Shown here: positions 55,773 to 63,540 of the stretch, one piece after another
Layout of the letters: each line of letters opens with the position of its first letter
How positions within the stretch are numbered: the stretch's first letter is position 1
From: an uncultured delta proteobacterium
Lineage (GTDB): Bacteria > Desulfobacterota > Binatia > Binatales > Binataceae
Length of the DNA stretch: 64,000 nt
Assembly: GCA_963808235.1 (NCBI GenBank)
Contig: CAWEEQ010000004.1
Location: 781,084 to 845,083, forward strand
Direction: 5' to 3'
Made by a program: the position numbers and the translations under genes
Notes under the pieces: model-generated
Told to the model about the DNA's origin: nothing
Database searches by the model: none
What the model saw: only the letters and a program-made list of their open reading frames with translations

Positions 55773-57860
55773 ATGGCAACAGAAAAGGCCTTGGGCCTGC
55801 GCAGGCTAATCCTTGTCGCGGCGATCGGATTTCTTCTGATCCTGCTCGGTCACAGCCGGGCATACGCTGCGAGTCCCATCCACATTAACAAACCGGCACC
55901 CGACTCGGTCGTCTCCGACTTGGTGACCACGCTGGTTCGGGTCAAGCCGAAGGTCGCCAAGATAGTTTTCATGCTCGATGGCAACCCGCTGTCGACCACT
56001 ACCTCAACCAGCTTCACCTGGAATTCGGCGACGGTTGCGAACGGGATGCATACCATCGCCGCCAGCGCCTACTCTTCATCCAACCAGTTGCTGAAGACGG
56101 TCACCGAGCAAATCAGAGTTGCGAACAAAAAACCTCCTCCGCCGACTCGTACTCCGACGCCAACCTCCACGCCGACGGCCACCCCGGTGCTTTCGTTCGT
56201 GTCTCCGACCAGCGGGCAGACGCTCAGCGGATCGATAAGCGTCGCGCTGTCATTCTCGAGCCCACCATCGCAAACCAACCCTGGCGCGGTTTGGTGGACC
56301 GAATTGTCCGTCGACGGTGCACCGGTGGTTTCCGGATACAACAATTTGCCCTGGGACACGACCACGGTCGGCAACGGATCGCATACCTTGCGCGTGGATG
56401 GTTACGCGTACAACGGGACAACTTCGATCGGCAATGCGACCATCAACGTGACGGTCAACAACTCGGGCGTAACCGCAACTCCGACGGCTTCATCGACGCC
56501 CACGATCGGCCCGACGCCGACCGTGACCGCTACACACACGGGCACCCCAACCACCGCTCCGACGCCGACTGCGACACGAACGGCGACTCCGACTCTCGGC
56601 GCGACACCGACTGCGACGTCCACCCTGCACGCGACCCCGACTGCGACGTCAACGCCGGGCGGATGCGTCAGCATCACGGCACCGGCTCCCAGCGCGACCG
56701 TCAATGGCATCGTGGCCATCAACACTAACGACACTTGCTCAGGCGCCTGGTTTGAATCGCTCTACGTCGACGGCGCGCATGTTTCCGACTTTCCGGTCGG
56801 ACAGATCATGTTCACGAGCACTAGCTACGCCAACGGGATGCACACCATCCAGGTGACCAGCCAGAGCACCAATCCGGGTTCGGTCCAGCTTGGCAGCGCG
56901 TCCGAAGCGTTGAACGTGCAGGCGGGTTCGGCGACCAAGACAGCCACCGCGACGCCTACCACGAAGCCGAGCGCGACGCCGACGCCGGGAGGGGGCCATT
57001 ACTCAATGATGGGACCCGGAGCGTCTCTGCCGAGCGAAGCGGCTTGCGTCAGCGCGGTGAACGCGTCGCCTATTCCGGAGAACGCGCCGTGGAACCAGGA
57101 CGACGGCACCGGCTTTAACTCGAATCTGCCTCCATCCGGCGGTGTGCCGGCGTACTTCTACGCCAACGCGCCGTGCTGCAACGAATTGCCGCATGCGGAT
57201 TTTGCCAACGTCGACGGAAACTATTCGGGCTCCACAGATGACCTCATCCGAATCACCGCCTGCAAGTGGGGTATCGACGAAGACTACGTGCGCTCGCAGG
57301 CGTGGATCGAATCCGATTGGCATCAGGACTGCTCCGCGGCGCATGGCGGCTCCGACTGTCAGGAAGGCGGCGATATGGACAGCCCGAGCGGCGATCCGTC
57401 AGGCCTGGCGGTCACTTCGATATCGCCGGGAGGCGTATTCAGCGCCTTCAACGGATTTGGAAATCCCGGCGGCCCAACCGATCACTGGGATTCGTGGAGC
57501 ATCGTTCAGACCAAGGTGTACTACGAGTGGATGACGTGGCCGATGATGGAGGAGTCCACGCCTTTCGGGCTCGATTTTCGCTACGCGGAGATGCGCGGTT
57601 GCGTCAACGGCGATCAATATAGCTACTACAATAGCCAGTCATCCGCGCAGGGCACTGACTATCAGAATGCCGTCAATGCCGCCCGCAACAATCCGAACGG
57701 AGCATCGGCAGTCACAGGCTGGACCAACCTTCAGTACCTTTCGTACGGATGCATCGACACCCACTTTTCCGGCGACTGGTTCAACGGCACAGCCGACAGC
57801 TATCTGAACGAGTTCCTGAACAGGTTGGCAACCGCACCGTGGCCGGGCGGTCTGCAGTAG
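55773..57860 (+). CDS. Secreted multi-Ig-like-domain protein with Pro/Thr linkers and a Cys-rich about 290-aa C-terminal domain of unknown function, paralog B
   Basis: Signal peptide LILVAAIGFLLILLGHSRAYAAS, three Ig-like modules of about 90 aa separated by (PT)n and TPTATxT linkers, and a C-terminal domain with 8 Cys including a CC pair (APCCNELPH) and CKWGIDEDYVRSQAWIESDW. Confidence 0.7.
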   Translation: MATEKALGLRRLILVAAIGFLLILLGHSRAYAASPIHINKPAPDSVVSDLVTTLVRVKPKVAKIVFMLDGNPLSTTTSTSFTWNSATVANGMHTIAASAYSSSNQLLKTVTEQIRVANKKPPPPTRTPTPTSTPTATPVLSFVSPTSGQTLSGSISVALSFSSPPSQTNPGAVWWTELSVDGAPVVSGYNNLPWDTTTVGNGSHTLRVDGYAYNGTTSIGNATINVTVNNSGVTATPTASSTPTIGPTPTVTATHTGTPTTAPTPTATRTATPTLGATPTATSTLHATPTATSTPGGCVSITAPAPSATVNGIVAINTNDTCSGAWFESLYVDGAHVSDFPVGQIMFTSTSYANGMHTIQVTSQSTNPGSVQLGSASEALNVQAGSATKTATATPTTKPSATPTPGGGHYSMMGPGASLPSEAACVSAVNASPIPENAPWNQDDGTGFNSNLPPSGGVPAYFYANAPCCNELPHADFANVDGNYSGSTDDLIRITACKWGIDEDYVRSQAWIESDWHQDCSAAHGGSDCQEGGDMDSPSGDPSGLAVTSISPGGVFSAFNGFGNPGGPTDHWDSWSIVQTKVYYEWMTWPMMEESTPFGLDFRYAEMRGCVNGDQYSYYNSQSSAQGTDYQNAVNAARNNPNGASAVTGWTNLQYLSYGCIDTHFSGDWFNGTADSYLNEFLNRLATAPWPGGLQ

Positions 57861-57877
57861 TCGGCGAAAACGAAACA

Positions 57878-57914
57878 GTTGGGGGCGACTGGATACTCAG
57901 TCAGCGCCCCCAAC
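57878..57914 (+). terminator. GC-rich stem-loop (GTTGGGGGCG-N17-CGCCCCCAAC) 18 nt after the stop of paralog B
   Basis: A perfect 10-bp stem. It lacks a downstream U-tract, so it is a candidate intrinsic terminator or RNA-stabilising hairpin. Confidence 0.5.
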
Positions 57915-58030
57915 AAATGTCACTGTGGAGACATTTAGATAGTCAATAACGATAGTCAGAACCAGGCTGGAACGAGGTCCGATAGTAGGCGCTGGCTGTA
58001 GATTGCCGGGGAATTGGGTTTTTTAAGCCA

Positions 58031-58064
58031 GGCACCGCGTGTTGCCTTTAGTGGTCGTGGTGCC
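58031..58064 (+). promoter_or_regulatory. 5'-leader inverted repeat GGCACCGCG-N16-CGTGGTGCC, 18 nt upstream of the ATG of paralog C
   Basis: Homologous to 55722..55755, with three substitutions that all preserve base pairing. Confidence 0.6.
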
Positions 58065-58082
58065 GGGCTTGGGGGAGAAAAA

Positions 58083-60323
58083 ATGGCAACGGAAAAGGCC
58101 TTGGGCCTGCGCGGGCTGCCGCTTGTCGCGACGGTCGGACTGTTTCTTATGCTGCTCGGTCACGGCCAGGCTTACGCGGCGGGTCCCATCCACATTAATG
58201 CGCCGGCCCCGGACGCGGTCGTCTCCGACATGGTGACGACATTGGTTCGGATCAAGCCGCAGGTCGCTCGGGTAGTTTTCCTGCTTGACGGCAACCTGTT
58301 GGCGTCGACTTCGTCCACCAGCTACACGTGGGATTCGGCGACGGTTGCGAACGGTATGCATACCATCGCGGCCAGCGCCTATACTTCATCCAATCAGTTG
58401 CTGCGCACTGTCTCCGAGCGAATCAGGATTGCGAACAAGCATAAACCGACTCCAACCCCCACTCCGACCACCACGCCGACTGTTACTGCCACTGCCACGA
58501 CCAACCCCACACCGACCGCGACTGCCACCTCGACACGGACGAGGACTCCAACTGTCACCGCGACGACGACCGCGAGTGCCACTGCGACACGAACGGCGAC
58601 TGCGACTGGGACACGAACGGCGAGCCCGACCCCGACTGCGACGTCAACGCCGGGCGGATGCGTCAGCATCACGGCACCGGCTCCCAGCGCGACCGTCAAT
58701 GGCATCGTGGCCATCAACACCAACGACACTTGCTCAAGCGCCTGGTTTGAATCGCTCTACGTCGACGGTGCGCATGTTGCCGATTTTCCGGTCGGACAGA
58801 TCATGTTCACGAGTACGAACTACGCCAATGGAATGCATACCATCCAAGTGACCAGCCAGAGCACCAATCCGGGTTCGGTCCAGCTTGGCAGCGCGTCCGA
58901 AGCGTTGAACGTGCAGCCGGGCGCCACGGCCACGCCGACATCAACCGCGACGCCAACGGCGACCTCCACATCGACTTCGTCGGTCCAGCCGACCCCGACG
59001 GCCACGTCGACGCCCAACGGCTCGACGTTCTACGTATCGCCAACCGGTAGCGACTCGGCGTCTGGCAGTTCGGGCTCACCATGGCGCACGATTCAGAAGG
59101 CAGCGGACACGCTGCTGGCGGGACAGACTGCGATCGTATCGGCAGGCAACTACGGCGAGCGCGTCTCGATCTCGCGCTCCGGCACGTCGTCCAGTCCGAT
59201 CACCTTGCAGGTCGCAAGCGGTGCGGATGCCCAACTCCTCGGCTTCGATCTCACAGGCAGCAACTGGGTTCTGGACGGCTTTGACATCTCGACCCAGACC
59301 AATGGCAGCGAAGGGTACGGGATCCACGTAGACGGTTCGGCCTCGTATGACACGATTCAGAACACCTATATCCATGAACTCTGCCACGAGGGCATTTTCA
59401 TGGAGTCAGGGGTCTCGCACATCTCGGTGCTGAACAACCGCATCTGGCGGGCCGAGATGGCAGGTGTGCAGGCCGATGGCGTGTACGATCTGATCGAGGG
59501 CAACGAAGTCTGGGACACTCAGCAGTATGCGATGAATGCGGGTGGAATTTACTCGGTGTGCACGATTGCCGGCGGCGCCGATGCGGACGCGTTCCGCTTC
59601 TTCGGCCAACATAATGAGTTCCGTTCTAACTACGCACACGACATTTACCACGATATGCCAGGCGATCCGCATCCTACCAATCCCAATCCTCACACCGATT
59701 GCTTCCAAACTTGGGGGAACTCTGCAATGACGGTGAGCGATATTCTATTTGATCGCAACCTTTGTCGCTGGCCAGGAACTAATCAATTTCAGCTTGCAAA
59801 TATAAATTCTACAACGCTTGCAAACATTGGGGTTAATGAAGGCGCAGTAACTAACTTAACCTTTCAAAACAACATACTCTCCAATTCAGGACAGGGAATA
59901 GATATTGAAGGTGGCGTTGGTCCAGTAAACGCTTATAACAATACTTTTGTTCATATAGCGCAGGAAGGATTAGTTTGTAATGGCGCTCGTACATCAGCGG
60001 ACCAGATCATGAACAACATTTTCTACGATGTTGGCGATGGTGGTGATTCGTACACTTCAGGCTGTCAGAATTCAACATTCAATAATAATGACTTCTACAT
60101 GCCGGGCGGCGTCAGCGTCGGCACCTATCCGAACGTCGAGCCGTACCTGAGCCTCGATCCGTTGTTCGTCAACTTCGGCGACGCGACCGGCGGCGGCGGG
60201 GATTTCCATCTGCAGTCCGGCTCGCCGCTAAAAGGCGCCGGGACCACGGTCTCGACCGTCACCAATGACTACTACGGCACCAGCCGGGTGGGGGCAGCAT
60301 ACTCAGTCGGCGCCGCTCAATGA
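58083..60323 (+). CDS. Secreted mosaic protein: Ig-like modules (as paralog B) fused to a right-handed beta-helix (as paralog A), paralog C
   Basis: The N-terminal 300 aa are about 85-97% identical to paralog B, including a near-identical segment of about 295 nt. The C-terminal 450 aa are about 75% identical to paralog A. The start was chosen at MATEKALG by homology; the ORF track extends to 58014. Confidence 0.7.
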   Translation: MATEKALGLRGLPLVATVGLFLMLLGHGQAYAAGPIHINAPAPDAVVSDMVTTLVRIKPQVARVVFLLDGNLLASTSSTSYTWDSATVANGMHTIAASAYTSSNQLLRTVSERIRIANKHKPTPTPTPTTTPTVTATATTNPTPTATATSTRTRTPTVTATTTASATATRTATATGTRTASPTPTATSTPGGCVSITAPAPSATVNGIVAINTNDTCSSAWFESLYVDGAHVADFPVGQIMFTSTNYANGMHTIQVTSQSTNPGSVQLGSASEALNVQPGATATPTSTATPTATSTSTSSVQPTPTATSTPNGSTFYVSPTGSDSASGSSGSPWRTIQKAADTLLAGQTAIVSAGNYGERVSISRSGTSSSPITLQVASGADAQLLGFDLTGSNWVLDGFDISTQTNGSEGYGIHVDGSASYDTIQNTYIHELCHEGIFMESGVSHISVLNNRIWRAEMAGVQADGVYDLIEGNEVWDTQQYAMNAGGIYSVCTIAGGADADAFRFFGQHNEFRSNYAHDIYHDMPGDPHPTNPNPHTDCFQTWGNSAMTVSDILFDRNLCRWPGTNQFQLANINSTTLANIGVNEGAVTNLTFQNNILSNSGQGIDIEGGVGPVNAYNNTFVHIAQEGLVCNGARTSADQIMNNIFYDVGDGGDSYTSGCQNSTFNNNDFYMPGGVSVGTYPNVEPYLSLDPLFVNFGDATGGGGDFHLQSGSPLKGAGTTVSTVTNDYYGTSRVGAAYSVGAAQ

Positions 60324-60372
60324 TGGGCGCGGAGGAGATCGAAGATAGTCAATAGCTATAGTCAGAATCAGT

Positions 60373-61695
60373 TCAGAGCGACGTCCGGTAATAGTGAATC
60401 GATTGCCGCAACCCGCCTCCGAGGCGGGTGCGGATGTACCCCAGCATCTCATTCGTCAGCAGGTACTTGGGGCGCAGATAAACGCCGCCATTGTTGAGCG
60501 AGAACAGGATGCGGTGGAATTTCCAGTTGTTGAAATTGCGCAGCAGCCGGAACCGCGCCGATACTCCCAGCGTCTGTATCCCGAAAGGGAACTTGAAGCC
60601 AAACCAAAGCGGCTGAGAATTGATCGCCAGGTCGGGCTCGGTCGAATTGTCTATTTCCTCGAGCGAACCCTCCGCCAACCTGAACCTGACCGTCTTGTCG
60701 AGGTCGGGTATCTGAATAGTCACTGGACGGAGCATCCGTAGCAGGAGCATCGAGTATTTGTCGCGCATCTGCGCGGCAAGACCGTCGTAAGCGGCAACAA
60801 TTTCAGGCATCGATTTGCTCTCGACCGGATCGTACGTGCGCTCATCGACGCTCGGCAGTTGATCGAATCGCGTCAGCGCATCCGACGAATCGTGTTCGGC
60901 GCCAACTTCGTAGATATCCCCCGGATACAGCACCACTGCGCGCTGACCTTGGCGGCTTAAATAATTGGCGGCGTCGCGCGCGGAATTCGCAAAATTATTG
61001 ACGTACTTGTTGTCGAGGCTCGAAAAGTAGATGAAGCTCGCAAACGGGATTGTCGCTTTCGCATCCAGGCCGCGATGCACTGAAGATACATTTTCGAGAA
61101 TCTGCGCAGCTCGCTGCGGCAGAAATTTCTCATGCGGCTCAAAGCCGGCGTAGGCGGCCAGCGAGAACTGATTAAGGAGAACATCGACGCGTCCGATGTC
61201 GTGCAGGATGCCCTTGCATTCGCCGGCGCTGATGCGTGCGTCGTTGGCGTTGAAGATGACTTGTCCTTTACTCAGTACCGCCAGCGCGGAGTCCATTATC
61301 CCGGCGTGATAGCAATATACTTTCGTCGCATCGGGCTTGCTGCTCAGCGATACGATCATCCGATGCGGCAGCCGCTGAAATCGCTCATAGCCAAGCTTGC
61401 GAAACGCCGCGAACATCTTTGTGTAATCGCGATCCTGAAAGAGGATCGTCACCCGCGCTTTGAAGTCAGCCGGAAATGATCCGAGGGTCGGGAAGTGACA
61501 ATGATCGGGATGCTCGTGCGAGATCCAGATGTACTCGACCTTGTCGAGCACCGCCTGGTCGAACTTTGGTTCCGGCAGCAGAGTCCATGAGTCGTTGAAA
61601 ATTTTTCCGAATAGCCAGGGATCCATCAGGATCGACGTGTCGGCGCATTCCGCGACGATGCATGCATGTCCGACAAAGTGAATTTTCATGAGCAC
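60373..61695 (-). CDS. MBL-fold metallo-hydrolase family protein, hypothetical
   Basis: HEHPDH (HxHxDH) motif near the N-terminus. 440 aa. Confidence 0.6.
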   Translation of the reverse strand: MLMKIHFVGHACIVAECADTSILMDPWLFGKIFNDSWTLLPEPKFDQAVLDKVEYIWISHEHPDHCHFPTLGSFPADFKARVTILFQDRDYTKMFAAFRKLGYERFQRLPHRMIVSLSSKPDATKVYCYHAGIMDSALAVLSKGQVIFNANDARISAGECKGILHDIGRVDVLLNQFSLAAYAGFEPHEKFLPQRAAQILENVSSVHRGLDAKATIPFASFIYFSSLDNKYVNNFANSARDAANYLSRQGQRAVVLYPGDIYEVGAEHDSSDALTRFDQLPSVDERTYDPVESKSMPEIVAAYDGLAAQMRDKYSMLLLRMLRPVTIQIPDLDKTVRFRLAEGSLEEIDNSTEPDLAINSQPLWFGFKFPFGIQTLGVSARFRLLRNFNNWKFHRILFSLNNGGVYLRPKYLLTNEMLGYIRTRLGGGLRQSIHYYRTSL

Positions 61696-62109
61696 TCTCC
61701 GGCAGATTCTGGAGGTCTCGCTTGGGCGTCTCTGAGTGTGGTTCCTAGAGCACGCCGCTTGCCCTAAAAGCGTAACATTAAAGTTTAGTCAAGGCAAATC
61801 AGTATAGGTCAATCTATTTAAAGTCACTCTCGATATTGACTAATTCTCAACTCACGTTAATTTAACTAGATTTTTGTTACTTGTGCTAGCTTCTAAAATC
61901 TGTTACTTTGGACCTAAGCCATTTGCAAGGGCCAGTGAGCGAGAAATGGTAAGAGAAACGGGATGTTTCAGGTCAATCTGGCCGTCAGTGTCGCAAACTT
62001 TGAACAAGGAACCGGGCTTGAGCGCTCGCAACATGCTTGAGCCGATAACATCTGTATCCAATGGGAAAGGGGGCGGCGTGGAGGAACACGGCCGCCGGGG
62101 GTTTAACCC

Positions 62110-63513
62110 GTGAAAGTGACCCTGGTTTCGCATGCTTCGGTGATAATTGAGTCACAAGGAGTCAGAATTTGGACTGACCCGTGGCTCACGGGCAAAGTCT
62201 TCAATGAATCGTGGTCGCTGTTTCCGCCGGCGGCATTTGATCCTGCGATGCTTGATTCGATCGACTACCTGTGGATTTCGCACATTCATCCGGATCACTT
62301 CCACATTCCAAGCCTGAATTCGCTTTCCCCGCAGTTCAAACGCCGGGTCAAGGTCCTGTTCCAGGACAATCACGCCGATCAACTTTTCGAAGTGATGAAA
62401 AAGTGCGGATACCAGAACTTCCAGGCGCTGCGGCATCGCCGGATGGAGTCTCTCAGCGAGCACACGTCAGTCTACTCCTACAGCGCCGGGACCCTGGATT
62501 CCTGCCTGGGCGTGATGGAGCCGGAAGGGGGCTTGTTCAACATCAACGACTCGCGGCTGAATGCGACCGATTGTCGTCGTGTGAAGTCGGACATGGGGCG
62601 GATAGACACGGTGCTGAGCCAGTTTTCGCTGGCGGTCTATAATGGTCTTCAACCGCGCGAATCTCATCTGCGCCGCGGCGCGGCGGCGATGTTGGAAAAG
62701 ATTTTCGATAATCACGCGAACCTGGGCGCCCGGATCACGATTCCGTTCGCGAGCATGATGCGTTTTTCGCTGGTCGACAATCGTTACATGAATGCATTTG
62801 CGAACCGTCCGCGCGACGTGTGGGAACATGCCGCCGTACGAGGTCTCGGGGTGGCGATCCTGTTCCCGGGCGACACTTACAATTCATCCACCAGCTACGA
62901 TTCGACCCAGGCGCTTGAAAAATACGACGCGGTCTACGAGACCATCGACCAGTTTCCCTACGACACGCCGGCGGCGGTCCCGCTGCAGCCGATCGAAGAA
63001 GCTTTCCACGAGATGGTACGCCATTTGCGTGAAAAGTATCCCGCGCCGATACTTCGGATGCTGCGCGGGGTGGTGGTGAAGTTGCCCGACCTCGACAAGA
63101 CCGTGGCGTTTTCGATTCCGGCCGACTCCTTCAGCGAAGTCGATTCGTCAGAGTCGCCCGACATCTTGATGTGTTCGCAGGCCCTGCATTTTTGTTTCTT
63201 CCGTCCGTACGGGCTGCAGACGCTCTCGAGCTCGGCGCAGCATACCGTGGTGCGCAACCTGGCGAATTGGCGGATCCATCGCGCGCTGTTCGCGCTGAAC
63301 AATGCGCAGGCATACGGCCGACTCCGCTATCTGCTTCGCCGCGACACCATAAGTTTTTTCGCGAAAAGAATTAGAGCCATGGTCCGTTACACCGACCTCA
63401 CCCACGCCCGGCTCAGATATCCGTACAGCTATAAGCCAAAGCATCACTCCAGCATCCCAACTGAGGCGGGGCAGGTAATGGGTCCGTTGGATCGATCCGG
63501 GCATTCGGAGTGA
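62110..63513 (+). CDS. MBL-fold metallo-hydrolase family protein, paralog of 60373..61695 (divergently transcribed)
   Basis: GTG start. HIHPDH motif. The N-terminal 70 aa are collinear with the minus-strand paralog (VxxHAxxxxExxxxxIxxDPWLxGKxFNxSWxLxP...WISHxHPDHxHxP). Confidence 0.6.
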   Translation: MKVTLVSHASVIIESQGVRIWTDPWLTGKVFNESWSLFPPAAFDPAMLDSIDYLWISHIHPDHFHIPSLNSLSPQFKRRVKVLFQDNHADQLFEVMKKCGYQNFQALRHRRMESLSEHTSVYSYSAGTLDSCLGVMEPEGGLFNINDSRLNATDCRRVKSDMGRIDTVLSQFSLAVYNGLQPRESHLRRGAAAMLEKIFDNHANLGARITIPFASMMRFSLVDNRYMNAFANRPRDVWEHAAVRGLGVAILFPGDTYNSSTSYDSTQALEKYDAVYETIDQFPYDTPAAVPLQPIEEAFHEMVRHLREKYPAPILRMLRGVVVKLPDLDKTVAFSIPADSFSEVDSSESPDILMCSQALHFCFFRPYGLQTLSSSAQHTVVRNLANWRIHRALFALNNAQAYGRLRYLLRRDTISFFAKRIRAMVRYTDLTHARLRYPYSYKPKHHSSIPTEAGQVMGPLDRSGHSE

Positions 63514-63540
63514 GAAGCCTGAGATGTGAGAGTGACTGAG

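Noticed and set aside
56402-56734. 110-aa minus-strand ORF MSLVLMATMPLTVALGAGA..., with an identical twin at 58394..58729
   Set aside because: Both copies are antisense readings of the Pro/Thr-linker repeat DNA. Their identity only reflects the duplicated sense sequence.
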